A stretch of 64,000 nucleotides of DNA from Eledone cirrhosa (lineage: Eukaryota), in the NCBI GenBank assembly GCA_964016885.1, contig OZ024743.1, forward strand, positions 198,152,001 through 198,216,000, written 5' to 3'. The stretch's first letter is position 1, and each line of letters starts with the position of its first letter. Both the position numbers and the translations under genes were made by a program. The notes beneath the pieces are model-generated. The model saw only the letters and a list, made by a program, of their open reading frames with translations, ran no database searches and was not told where the DNA came from. Shown here one piece after another: positions 1 to 12,852 of the stretch.

Positions 1-202
1 TCCCTCAGAGAGGAACCAGACTGGGGTCGAAAAATCAGCTAATGGTTCAAACCTTCCCATCACTTCGGAGCTGGAGACCTCCCATAACCGGAATACTCCT
101 ACTGTTGGCCCTCCATGCTCACCACCAAGAAATCCAAAGAAAAAGAGAGAGAAATGGTCAAGGGAAGATAATAAAGAAGTCCTTGAGGCTTTCTACACTG
201 CC

Positions 203-3200
203 ATGTACTACCCATCAAATAAATCGAATACAGAACACACATATATCAACTGGAAAAAGAAACATCCCGAAAACAGAGGCTATATTGACAGTAACAAACT
301 AGCCAATATACGAAGAAATATTGTAAGAAAAAAGTTACTAACTGATATAGAAATTGATCAGATCAAGCTATTAGCACAAAGTCAGCGAAGGGAAAATGAA
401 ACATGTGTAAGTGAAAACGAGGTAAACTGTAACACTTCGAACCCCAGGGTTGGGGCGGAATCACTGGCAACAGAACAAATTAAAGTAAGGATCAAAAAAG
501 TGGAGGGAGTGCATGTTCAGGATGAAACTCCAAATGAAAATAATGAGATCGTAAATGATAAAGAAATGAATGAGAATGAACTTGCCAACTTGAAGGATGA
601 AATTATGATCGAATGGATGAAAATGAAAGAATCTGACATGGGACAACGAGACACCCTCCCTAAGATCCAGAACTCCAAACAGAACCAAAAGACTAACATA
701 ATTCTCAAAAACATTATCATCACAAACAAACTAAACATTACTGATTTAAATCATCTCTATTATGCATCGGCTAAAGTCACCACTCACTTATGTGGAGTGA
801 AGATGAAAAAACAAAGGAATTCCCACAAGAAATCTACTTGGCAAGAGAACATCAATCGCCAAATAAACCTTCTCCGATCTGACATAGAAATTTTAACAAA
901 CTATAAAGTAGGTGAACATGTTAAACAAACTAAACTTAGAAAATTGAAAAAAAAGTACAATATAAAATCAACATGTGACATAGACATGCTGATAGAAATA
1001 ATCAAGCAAAAAGTGTCGCCCAAAGCTGCTCGTATAAGGCGCTTTGAAAAACGATCTAGATTCTATAAGGACAATAATATGTTCAAAAACAACCAAAGAA
1101 ACTTCTACAGAAAAATTGGTAAGTCAACAATAACTGCTAAATCAATACCACCCAAGGAGGAAGTGCAAGAATTCTGGGAAAAGATTTGGGCCGAAGAAAA
1201 AGTTCATAACATACATGCCCCATGGATAGACAGACAAATGAAAGATACAGCTCACCTTGAGGAACAAATATGGGAAAATATAACAGTTGAACAGTTGCGC
1301 TTGGCTCTAAGAAAAACCAGCAAATGGAAATCCCCAGGAAAAGACAAAATACAAAACTTTTGGATAAATGCCTTCACAGAGTCTCATGAGCTGTTAGCCC
1401 AACTTTACAATGAAATAGTTAAGGAGCCAGAAAAGATACCATCATGGCTAGTTAACGGCATTACATTCCTGCTTCCGAAGAATGATGAGACAAACAATCC
1501 CCAAAAGTACAGACCGATAACTTGCTTGACCACAATGTATAAAATTTTAACATCAGTCCTAACAGAATAACCTGATAACAAATGACCTATTTCCCATTGA
1601 GCAGAAAGGGTGTAAACGAGGCTCATATGGCTGTAAGGATCAGCTTCTGGTTAACAAAATGATACTGGAAGATTGTCATAATAGACACAAAAATCTATCG
1701 ATTGCTTGGATAGATTATAAAAAAGCATTCGATAGTTTGCCACACAGTTGGATTGAAAAATGTTTAGGGATTTTCAAAATATCCCCCGATGTCAGGAGGT
1801 TTTTGTCATTCAGTATGAAGACATGGAAAACGACACTCCTTTTGAATAGTGAAACAAAATCACTGGAAGCTGGAGAAGTTAATATTAATTGTGGAATTTT
1901 TCAGGGTGACTCTTTATCACCGCTTTTATTCTGCATCGAACTTATACCATTAAGTAAAATGCTCAATGAAACAAAACATGGATATAAAGTCTATGACAAA
2001 ACCATTAATCACCTGTTCTACATGGATGACCTGAAACTATTTGCAAAAAATGATGAACAATTGCAAGGGCTATTATCCACTGTGGAGCAGTTCAGTGATG
2101 ACATTAAAATGGAGTTTGGACTAGATAAATGCGCCAAAGCAACGTTCACCAGAGGAAAGCTGCTGAAGAGTTCAGACATTAATCTTGATCGGGGGAACGT
2201 GATAAGAGAACTTGATCAAGAAAAAATTTACAAATATCTAGGTGTTTGTGAAGGAGACGGAATCAAGCACTCGACAATGAGGGAAAGGATAAGGAAGCAA
2301 TGTTACCGCAGAGTAAGAGAAATCTTAAGAACGGAATTGAATGCAAGGAATAGGATCGATGCCATAAACACGCTTGCCATACCAATAGTAACCTACAGTT
2401 ACAATGTCATCAACTGGTCAAGCACAGAGATCCGTAGGCTCGATACAAAAATTCGAAAATTCTTAACCATGCACAGAATGCATCACCCTAAGGCAGATAT
2501 AGATAGAATATATCTCCCTAGGAAAGAAGGAGGACGTGGGTTAATCCAGTTAGACATTGCGTTGAAAACTGCAACAATTGGATTATCTACATATCTAAGG
2601 GAACCACATGATTGGATGATCAAACTCGTTTTGAAACACGAAAGCATCAAAAGATCATATTCCATTACAAAAGATGCACAAAGATACAGTAATGGACTAC
2701 AAATTTCAGAAGTCCCATTTACTGCTGAAATGGAAAACACAGAAAAAGCAAAGCAGGTAAAAGTAACTGCAAAGAAAGAACTGCTACAGAAACTGGCTAA
2801 GAAATGGCAAGAAAAGCCTCTGTATGGAAAATACCCAGAGCGAGCTAACAATCCTGATGTTGACAAAACTTTAACCCATCAGTGGTTGGCATCCTCTGGA
2901 CTGAAATCGGAGACTGAAGGACTGATTATATCAGCACAAGATCAGTGTCTGCCAACAAAAAATTACCAAGCCAACATAATAAAAAATGGATGAAGCCCAT
3001 TATGCCGTGTATGCAAAAAACAACCAGAGACAATTGACCATATAATTTCAATGTGCAGTCCTATAGCTCCAACCGAATACCTAAACAGGCATGACAGAGC
3101 TGCACAATACATACATTGGATAATGTGTAAGCATTTTGACCTGCCCCATCAAAAGAATTGGTGGGAGCATCAACCACCTCCCATACTTGAAAAAGATCAC

Positions 3201-3568
3201 ATCTCAATCTTGTGGAACTTTAGCATCCAAACAGACCGAAAAATAGATGCAAATAGACCTGATATAATATTGAAGGACTTTAAAAAGAGGGTATGCCTGC
3301 TATTGATATGTCTGTTCCAATAGACAAGAATGTATCTATAAAAACATTTGAAAAATTGAGCAAGTATAAGGACCTGGAGATAGAAATTGGAAAAATGTGG
3401 AAATTGAGAACTAAAACAATACCAGTGGTTGTAGGCGCTCTGGGAATGATACCTAAGGGGTCTAATGATTACTTATCGCAGATCCCAGGAAACCCGCGTA
3501 TAGGATAAATACAAAAGATAGCACTAATGGGAACTGCCCATATACTAAGGAAGATTCTGTCAATATAA
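203..3568 (+). pseudogene. RT + CCHC + RLE polyprotein of R4/Dong-like element (frameshifts/stops near 1570, 2991, 3295, 3505)
   Basis: ORFs 203-1570, 1659-2993, 3051-3323 and 3293-3508 join into one polyprotein ending GTAHILRKILSI* at 3568. Confidence 0.88.
1659..2993 (+). CDS. reverse transcriptase domain fragment (non-LTR, R4/Dong-like)
   Basis: 444-aa ORF with [24 protein letters not shown] and GGRGL motifs; it is part of a broken ORF. Confidence 0.75.
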   Translation: MILEDCHNRHKNLSIAWIDYKKAFDSLPHSWIEKCLGIFKISPDVRRFLSFSMKTWKTTLLLNSETKSLEAGEVNINCGIFQGDSLSPLLFCIELIPLSKMLNETKHGYKVYDKTINHLFYMDDLKLFAKNDEQLQGLLSTVEQFSDDIKMEFGLDKCAKATFTRGKLLKSSDINLDRGNVIRELDQEKIYKYLGVCEGDGIKHSTMRERIRKQCYRRVREILRTELNARNRIDAINTLAIPIVTYSYNVINWSSTEIRRLDTKIRKFLTMHRMHHPKADIDRIYLPRKEGGRGLIQLDIALKTATIGLSTYLREPHDWMIKLVLKHESIKRSYSITKDAQRYSNGLQISEVPFTAEMENTEKAKQVKVTAKKELLQKLAKKWQEKPLYGKYPERANNPDVDKTLTHQWLASSGLKSETEGLIISAQDQCLPTKNYQANIIKNG

Positions 3569-3711
3569 GTACATCACAAGTCTAAACACTAAAGATGCTT
3601 GTGTGAGTATGTATGTTCTTCCTTGAACATGGCGGACCTTGTTGTCTCTTGAGGTCACTGGTTGTGACTTGGTGATAACTCGTATGAACATAAAGCAAGA
3701 TAAATGCAACC

Positions 3712-3751
3712 GTAATTATAATAATAATAATAATAATAATATAATGATAAT
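3712..3751 (+). repeat. (TAA)n microsatellite separating two R4/Dong-like elements
   Basis: taattataataataataataataataat. Confidence 0.9.
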
Positions 3752-4826
3752 TAGGAAGATATTGACTATCTACAACATGTTCCACAAGAGGAGTGATGTC
3801 AATAGACTCTACTTAAAGAGATCGGAAGGTGGAAGAGGTCTTATCAGCATAGAGGACTGTGTACAGATAGAGAAAAACAACCTGCATAAATACGTGACTG
3901 ACAGTAGGGAGCTAATGCTCAGAATTATACTGAAGGAGAGAACAATAAACCAAGGGATGTCTAAGGAGGAAATAACAACAAGGAGGGAGAGCAACCTTCA
4001 TGAAAAATCCCTTCATAGTACCTTCTTTAAGAAAACTGAATTTAGAGATCCACAGACATGGAACTGGTTAAAAAGAGGAGACCTTAAAAAGGCTACAGAA
4101 GGAATGCTAATGGCTGCGCAAGAGCAGGCCCTCAGAACGAAGTGGGTGAAACACCATATTTACAAGGAGGAGGCTACTGTGTAGGATGTGTGGAGAGAGA
4201 GAGAGGAGACTGTGGCTCACATTATATCCGAGTGTAAACACTTAACACAGACTCGCTATAAAGGCTGGAGACATCATGTGATGGGCAGGGTGATCCACTG
4301 GAACCTATGCAAAGTAAACAATTTACCACATTCTGAGAAGTGGTATGAGCATAAGCAAAATCGGTGATAGAAAACGATCAGGTGAAGGTGCTGTGGGATT
4401 TTAGGATACAGACAGACAAGAAACTGGAACACAATAGGCCTGACCTGGTGGTTTTGGACAAGGAAAAATGATCGTGCCTGATTGTAGATGTAGCCTGCCC
4501 ATTCGACACGAGAGTGCAAGAAAAGGAGAGGGAGAACATTAACCGATACCAGGACTTAAAGTGGGAGGTAAAAAGGATTTGGAACTGCCATGAATTCAAG
4601 GTCATCCCGATTGTCATAGGAGCACTAGGTACTATCTCATAGTTTCCAAGGATGGTTAAAGAAGATTAGTCCAGCCCCGTTTTTTGGAACACTTCAAAAG
4701 GCATGCTTGCTGGGAACAGCAAGAACCCTCCGATATGTCCTGAATATCTGAGGCTGCAGGTAGCGGCTTGATATTCATTTCAACAAACCTTCCAGTTAAA
4801 TAACATCAATGACTGTGACTCAAAGA
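3752..4826 (+). mobile_element. second, 5'-truncated R4/Dong-like non-LTR element (different subfamily), frameshifted
   Basis: RLYLKRSEGGRGL, EGMLMAAQEQAL, CRMC...ETVAHIISEC, HNRPDLVV, IVDVACP, YQDL, IPIVIGALG; stop at 4751; followed by TAA-type repeats. Confidence 0.85.
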
Positions 4827-5061
4827 ATAACGATAATAATGATAATAATGATAATGGCAATAATTACAATAATAAGATGATGATGATAGTGATGACAAGG
4901 ATGATGTTAATGATGAAGAAAATGGTGATGATGATGATGATGGTAATGATGGTGATGGTGGTGAAGAAGAAGAAGAAGAAGAAGAAGAAGAAGAAGAAGA
5001 AGAAGAAGAAGAAGAAGAAGAAGAAGAAGAAGAAGAAGAAGAAGAAGAAGAAGAAGAAGAA
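4827..5061 (+). repeat. compound trinucleotide microsatellite (TAA/GAT/GGT then pure (GAA)n)
   Basis: Direct reading. Confidence 0.9.
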
Positions 5062-5394
5062 AATATAAATAACAAATAAAAGAGAAAGAGAGAGAGAGGG
5101 AGTGAGAGACAGAGTAGAGACATGGGAGAGAGATGGTGAGAGAGAGCCAAAAATAGTTTAATATTTTGGTAAATATATTCTAAAAAGCCGCAATCAATAT
5201 AAGAAAAATTGAAACAGAAATAACATTTTAAAATAATTTCTTAACTTAAATTGTAAGTCGTTATAGTATTTTAGCTGTGTCTAACCAATGAGATTACGTT
5301 CGATATTCCTTTGATGTGAGGCAGGCGAGGAAGATGGTTGTGACGGTGGAAAGTCCCACTAGACCTAATATAATATATTATGTTGATAGATTTG

Positions 5395-5470
5395 GGTGGT
5401 AAATTGCCAGAATCATTAGAATGTCGGATAGAATGCTTCGCAATATAAGTTTCTGCTCTGTATCATCTAA
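5395..5470 (+). mobile_element. diverged 5' part of tRNA-derived SINE, interrupted by a Helitron
   Basis: gtggtaaattgccagaatcattagaatgtcgga resembles the SINE head at 7831; the B-box-like remainder (ttcaaat) resumes at 5954. Confidence 0.45.
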
Positions 5471-5953
5471 TCTAAACTATAATAAAGTAAGAAGCGCGGT
5501 ACTGCGTACGGTTTATAATTTGTTATCCCATTAGTAAAATAAGTTGGATTACTTTGAATAAATAATGAATAAATATTACATAATTTATCTACTAAATTCG
5601 TGGCTGTTCATTAAATATATTTTATTATTTACTTAAAGATTCACTTCTTTAAAATTTTCAAATGTCAACACTTCCGGTGGCGATCGCTTAAATAAACATA
5701 CTAATTTTCTGTCACTAATTTTCTCTTAATGCAGTTTATATATAATATCGTCTTTTTTAATGTATCATGGATTACGTTACACATTACAAAAGACAGTGTA
5801 ACGCAGTCTTCGTTCAATTTCTATGTATTATATATTGTCAATTACGATTTTATTTGACGTATCATATCTACATGTATATATACTTGAGTAAAATATCAAT
5901 ATACACACTGCAGACTCTAGCAGAAAACCACCCGAAGGGTGGTTTTCTGCTAG
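5471..5953 (+). mobile_element. non-autonomous Helitron
   Basis: A|TCTAAACTATAATAAAG 5' end, terminal hairpin 5917-5953 ending CTAG|T, and no TSD. Confidence 0.65.
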
Positions 5954-6060
5954 TTTCAAATAATGCGTTTCAAATAATGCGTGGTCGATAAATAAAGCAC
6001 CATTTTATTACTTGGTTCTCTCTCTCTCTCTCTCTCTCTCCGGCACTCTCTCTGTCTCTA

Positions 6061-6094
<34 letters not shown>

Positions 6095-6712
6095 CTACTG
6101 CTCACTCTCTCATCCCTCACAGAATCAAATCTGATATATTCTGACCTGGCGAGGGATAGGCTCCACCAGATTTTAAATTACCCATGACATTCCATGTGTC
6201 ACAATGGTGCCATTTGGACTCCTTCAGGTGTTGAAGGATCTTTACCAATACATTATCTTACTCAGTACTCAGAATAAAAGAGAAAACCTACGTTAGTAGG
6301 TGAAGCAAAACATATGCATACACACATAGACACTCACATAATATCCGTTTAATATTGGCTCTACCTAAAGTAAGCTTGAAAGTAGCGCATGCCTGCATGT
6401 CCTCCTAGGTATGAGCAACAAGGTCTGCATCGTTACCATAGAGCAACTCTTTGATAATAGACTGGAAAGGCTCTGATTTGGCCCTAAAGCGTGTCAAGTT
6501 ACAAACCTTACACCTTTAGGCACAAACTATAACAGAATCAGTGTTATAATAAGTTAAATGTGTACTCGTTCAATCACTCTATTCAACTGTCTAGTTTAGA
6601 TTCAACAAATTCTTACTCTTGCTAAATAGTACGCCTCACTTGAGCACCGGGTTGTATCACAGAAACACAGTACATTAATTTTATATGAAATGTTCCCTTA
6701 ACCGGGATATTA

Positions 6713-6955
6713 TAAGCTGCACATGTCGTGGAAGCTAGCTTTAACTTTCATAGAAGCCAGCCGCACTTGTTTTTGAAGTCAGCTGCACTTGTCGTAAAAG
6801 CTAGTTGAACTTATACCATACGTTATACTTTTCAGAGAAGATTATCTGCGCTTGTCATAGAAGAGGAGCGACTTGTACTTGCCATAGAATCCAGACGTAC
6901 TTGTTATAAAACTAAGCTGCACTTATGTTAGAAGGCAGTTGACCTTATAGAAGTC
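6713..6955 (+). repeat. degenerate ~22-bp minisatellite (consensus ~AGCTGCACTTGTCATAGAAGCT)
   Basis: About 10 diverged copies of gcacttgtcatagaag. Confidence 0.6.
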
Positions 6956-7288
6956 TGCAGTTAGCAAATCTAAGAGTCATCAATATATATAGAAATAACG
7001 GGAATGTAGAGTTGCTAATTATAAATACTAACGAAGAAGAAAAATATTTCAGTGGAACATTCTGCATACAAAATACACACACCTCCGAGTCTCCCATACG
7101 TTATATAGTGAATAAAGAAAATTTGTTTTCTGACTTCTAATACTTTTATATTTGAAGGCGATTTGACATTATCAAAATGATATTAATATTTACCTAGGAA
7201 TGCGGGTTGCTATATGAATATTTTAGATCTATATGGAATTTTCTATCTGCCATTCTAAAATGATAAATGGTCAACTCCCATTAATTGA

Positions 7289-7503
7289 GGATTGGCAGTA
7301 TCGGTAGAGGGTCGGACGCCATTCTTTGCAGCATGGAGCCCTTTATGATCTGAGTTCAAATCCCGCCGAGATTAACTTTGCCTTTCATCCTTAAGGGCTC
7401 TATAAAATAAAATACCAGTCATGCATTGGAAGTCGGTTTAATCGACTCCCCCCTTCCCCCGCCCAAAATTGCTGGCCTTATGCCTATATAAGAAACTATT
7501 AAT
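7289..7503 (+). mobile_element. tRNA-derived SINE (Meta/Sauria-like central domain)
   Basis: A-box-like TGGCAGTATCGG, B-box GAGTTCAAATCC, central GCCTTTCATCCTT...ATAAAATAAAATACCAG. Confidence 0.8.
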
Positions 7504-7830
7504 TGATCTGTTTAAGGCAATTTTGACAGGTTGCTGTCGATGGTGGATAAAATGCATTGCTAAAAGAACGAGGTGTCATTTCTTAAACGTATATGAAATT
7601 TGGGTGTATATTTCCAGTCTTATTTAAATGCTTTTGCAACCATATATTTATGCCAGATGAAAGAATGATATTAAACTAATGTAATAGTATCATTTCTTGG
7701 AGCAACAAAAGATGGTACTATAAGCTACTAGCTTCTTATTTACTGCTTAGCTGCTTTAGGAAAATTGGGTGCGGCCATCATGTGGCTATGCTATCAAAGG
7801 TGTACCGGAAGTTAAATATATTATATTATT

Positions 7831-8020
7831 GGGCGGTGGATTGGCAGTATCGGTAGAGGGTCGGACGCCATGCTTTCCATCATAGTTACGTCCATTTACG
7901 ATCTGAGTTCAAATCCCGCAGAAGTTGACTTTGCCTTTCATCCTTACGGGGTCGATAAAATAAAGTACCAGTAATGCACTGGGTAATTGCTGACCTTGTG
8001 CCTAAAGTAGAAACAATTAT
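7831..8020 (+). mobile_element. tRNA-derived SINE, same family, with 12-bp TSD
   Basis: Same head and central domain; ATTATATTATTG at 7820-7831 and 8016-8027. Confidence 0.85.
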
Positions 8021-8049
8021 ATTATTGTGATAACTGATTTTTAAGATTG

Positions 8050-8100
<51 letters not shown>

Positions 8101-8110
8101 ATATATATAT

Positions 8111-8175
<65 letters not shown>

Positions 8176-9172
8176 GATGAAAAGATTCCGACCGCGGCAT
8201 CAAGCAGGTTCAGCTTGTGTGTCACACAAGATGAAACTGTAGGCGGAGCGGTCGGAATCATACATATCTCTATAACCAATCTATAAAAATCTACGCTGGA
8301 CAAATTAAAGACATTATAGAAGCGTTCAGCTTTCATATACAACATATAGCGGATTTCTTTACTAAGTTTAATTCCTAATACTCTACACTGTATACACACA
8401 TAACTTACATAATGTAGAGTCTACGGTACGTAAGTATGTACACATGCCTAATTCCATACACATGCCTATATATATATACAACTATACACACACACACATA
8501 TATATTTATACATATATATACATATATATATATACATATACACACACACACATATATATATATATATAAATATATATATTCATCTGTAAATATGCTGGTG
8601 TGTGTAAACATACAATTACATAAACACACACAAATAAGTACGCATGAATGTGTGTATATCTGTGTTTTCTTTACTCTCATTTGACTTCGATTTTTCAGCA
8701 TTTAGCATTTTCGCTGTCTTTGTCAGCACTTGACCGTTCGTCAAAACGATTTGTTTCTCTCTCCCGATACTTTTCTCTATTCATTCCATTCTTTAACCTA
8801 TTCTCACACGTACTTAGCAATTGATACGGTCAGATATGGCGATCTGATAGCCGTATTTGCAGCCGCCAGCGTGAAAATAGCAATTATTCGCATTGCAAAG
8901 ATCAGGCAGCGAAAACCAGCTCATCTTTAATGAATACCACTTGAATATCAGACCGTGACCAGGCAACAGCAGCCGGCAATAAGATGGTCAATCACGTGAA
9001 AAGACACGATTACTCAACAATACAACTATGACAAAAGAATTTCTCATAGTTCATTGACCCTTTCATTCTGTTTGTCAACCAGTTTTTCTTTCATTTTTCC
9101 CTCTTTCATTCATTGAGTCTATTAGTTCGACCAATCTTTCTTTTCCAGTTTATTCTCTTTTTATTTCAATCG

Positions 9173-9640
<468 letters not shown>

Positions 9641-9920
9641 GTAGTCAGCAGACTACATAGAATATTAGATCATAACAGAAGTTTTTAAACGAAGTGACTA
9701 CAATAATTGTAAAAGAATCACATTTTTTTTTTGTGTAGAATACGCGTAGAATAATTAGTGAAACGAAACGAAAGCAAACATAATACCCAGATTACTAGCA
9801 TTCATACAGACTCATACTCAAGACATGTACGCACACATACATGCACCTACAGATAGACACACACAAATACACATCCACAGACATACACACTCACAAATGT
9901 CTCTCCCCCACTCCTCTCTC

Positions 9921-10014
<94 letters not shown>

Positions 10015-10168
10015 TATATATATATATATATATATGTTTCCGTTTCCGTAGGAAAGGAGAGTGCTCTATGTAGGCAACAGAGCTATTTAGTTTTGTAATA
10101 AACAACATAAGACAATTATTCCATTTACCAAAGATTTCCCGAAGACATATTATATTATATATATATAA

Positions 10169-10360
10169 GGGCGGTGGATTGGCAGTATCGGTAGAGCATC
10201 GGACGCCTTGCTTTGACATATAGAGTTACGGCCCTTGCCATTCTGAGTTCAAATTCCTCCGAGGTTAACTTTGCCTTTCATCCTTACGGGGTCGACAAAA
10301 TGAAGTACAAGTAATGCACTGGGTAATTGCTGGCCTTGTGCCAAAAGTGGAAACAATTAT
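10169..10360 (+). mobile_element. tRNA-derived SINE, same family
   Basis: Near identical to the 7831 copy. Confidence 0.85.
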
Positions 10361-10407
10361 ATATTTTACGAAATCCAGAGACTTTCAATAATGAGTTTAA
10401 ACCTTTA

Positions 10408-10697
10408 AAAGTAGGTTTATAATTATCAATTTTCATTAGACTTTTGTAGTTGAAGGACTTTTGTAGTAGACGGTGGTGATCCTGGTCTCAAGTTCGATCC
10501 TGGTCGGCAGTAGAGTTCCCAGCAAACCTTTTCAGTTTTTTTCTATGGGTTGTAAAATTAAAAATGAAAAAGGTTACATGTACCTCTTGACCAGGATTGA
10601 ACCCTGGGCCAGGATCTCCCCAGTCTCTATAACTACTGCTAGGCCACAGAGACAACTACGAAAATCTTATGAAAATTCATACTTATAAACCTACTTT
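10408..10697. mobile_element. ~290-bp inverted-repeat (MITE-like) element with inward-facing tRNA/B-box-like segments
   Basis: ~45-bp imperfect IRs at 10408-10452 and 10653-10697; AAGTTCGATCCTGG on + and GGGTTCAATCCTGG on -. Confidence 0.5.
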
Positions 10698-10952
10698 CGA
10701 AATTTTCAAAGCAAAGTGTTGTGGTGTCGTTCATGTCTTTCTTAATGTATTTGTTCCTACTTAAGGTCGACTTCTAAATCATTTGGGTGTTCCATAAACT
10801 ATATCCTCGTTTTGTTTCACATCTATCTAGACTACATTTTAACCTGTAATCTATGATTCATTTCTGTTGCACCTCGTTTCTCCCCTCCCTATCTCTCAGA
10901 TGTCTTTAACCCATTGATACCAAATATTATTTGGTCAATAGCCCGTGTGTAA

Positions 10953-11017
<65 letters not shown>

Positions 11018-11378
11018 GCGTGTGTGTCTGTGTCTATATATGCATGTTTGCATGCATAATGAATACACTAAGCTTTAGATTTATTAGAATGTACAACCAC
11101 TGATTCCGGCTATTTTCACTATCGTATATTTTGGTTTCTAGTAATTCCCTGGGTAATTGGTTGACCAAATGCTTTGTTTAATTGTTTTATTTATTTTTAA
11201 AAAAAATGTTTCTTTATCTTAGATATCAGGTATTTTTTAAAGCATATTTCAAAGCATTAAAGCATTGACCCCTAAAATACTACAGTGGACCCTGCAATGC
11301 TACTGTGGGCTCTTGCAATGCTACCGTGGGGTCCCCGGGGCCCAACTGCTATTGGGTAACCTGGCAACTTGGCCTCCA

Positions 11379-11463
<85 letters not shown>

Positions 11464-11568
11464 TAAAGAGAAAGGGAGAAAGAGGGAGACAGGTGTGCAT
11501 ATATGTGTGCGAGTATGTGCGTCTCTATGTACAACAAATTAGGTTGTGTCGAGAGTGTTATATCTATA

Positions 11569-12226
11569 TCTATATATATAAAACAGGATGTGTGTGTATT
11601 TGTGTGTCTGTGAGTTTGAATCCCTAAAACTCGAGAAGTACCCAACCGATTTTTTACATGTGTATTACATGTGTTTACACGTGTATTACTTATGTTTCAG
11701 GGAGTGTTACGCACATAACAAAATTCAACTTTTTGATCCCCTAGGAGCCGCATTAGGTGAAAAACTGCGTTTTTTTCAGTTGTTTAGGGATTTTTTGAGG
11801 CGTTACGTCAGACCGATTTCCTTGAAATTGTAACTATCTATTAGTCAGTCTCTTCTTCATACCGTGAGCAAAGGAAATCCAACTTTTTTATGGCCTAGGG
11901 CCCGCATTAGGTGAAAAACTTCATTTTTTTTTCAGGCTTTTAGCGCTTTTTTGAGGCGTTACGTCTAGCCGATTTTCCCGAAATTTCAAGGCATATTATA
12001 CACATAAACAAAATTCATTTTCTTTATACCCTAGGGGCCGCATTAGGTGAACACCTGCATTTTTCCTGCTTCATTGAGGAAGATCTTAAAGATTATCCAG
12101 CAATCAGTGTATTCAGTTTATTTTCTTTACACATTGTTCAGGCATGCAGTTTTTCTACGATTAGATCTGTTGGTGGCCCGCGTTCCAAAATACCTTATTC
12201 CGTGCAACGCCGGGTACCATTGCTAG
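11569..12226 (+). mobile_element. non-autonomous Helitron with internal ~150-bp triplication
   Basis: A|TCTATATATATAAAA 5' end followed by a GT-rich stretch; 3' CCGTGCAACGCCGGG hairpin then CTAG|T; three copies of CCTAGG..CCGCATTAGGTGAA. Confidence 0.75.
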
Positions 12227-12350
12227 TATAATATAAAAGAGAGATGTTTCTTAGTTGGTTAGTTGGTTTAATCGCACGAAAATTACACACACACACACAC
12301 AAACACACATCCAAAGAGAGAGAGAGACACACACAGATGGAGAAGCAGAG

Positions 12351-12415
<65 letters not shown>

Positions 12416-12419
12416 AAAG

Positions 12420-12450
<31 letters not shown>

Positions 12451-12852
12451 AAGAGAGGCAACGAATACTGGTTTACACACACACATCTATATCTATCTAT
12501 CTATCTATCTATGTCGAAGAAGATAGACGTGTTTTTGTTTCGCTCCTGCATTTTGTCGGAATTTATTAGGAGAAGCGGTAGGTTTGTTTAAGCTACTTGT
12601 TATTTGTTGTGTTTAACCCCTCGCCTGGGACTGCAGACGTTCGGTAAAATAAATTTCGCCCCTTTCTGGGGCGAAATTTGATAGTTATAAGTTATCGATA
12701 AAAAGTCGTTTAGTGACAATGGACGCCATTAACACGACGCATGCCACGCCACGTCCCCCAAGGAAAGTGATAGAGAGAAGGTAGCAGCACAGTGCTGTAA
12801 GACTTCCCTCCTCACTCCCGCAAAAGACACCACGGAATCAAAAGAAAATATT

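Larger units (their letters stand above)
1..3711 (+). mobile_element. R4/Dong-like (R2 superfamily, RLE-type) non-LTR retrotransposon, near full length, disrupted; 5' end may lie outside window
   Basis: RT motifs ([39 protein letters not shown]), CCHC finger (CRVC...H....C), restriction-like endonuclease (RPDI...IDMSVP...KLSKYKDL). 3' UTR ends directly in (TAA)n at 3712. Confidence 0.9.

Noticed and set aside
2991-2993. In-frame TGA in the R4-like ORF, and another at ~27553 in the PLE, as possible selenocysteine recoding
   Set aside because: Single stops in copies that also carry frameshifts; not at conserved Cys positions (the PLE one fits CGA>TGA); no SECIS recognised.
6713-6955. Periodic repeat as a CRISPR-like array
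   Set aside because: No unique spacers, degenerate units, eukaryotic context; it is a minisatellite.
11270-11381. GC-rich segment ending CCACTG (hAT-like terminus)
   Set aside because: No convincing partner TIR or TSD.
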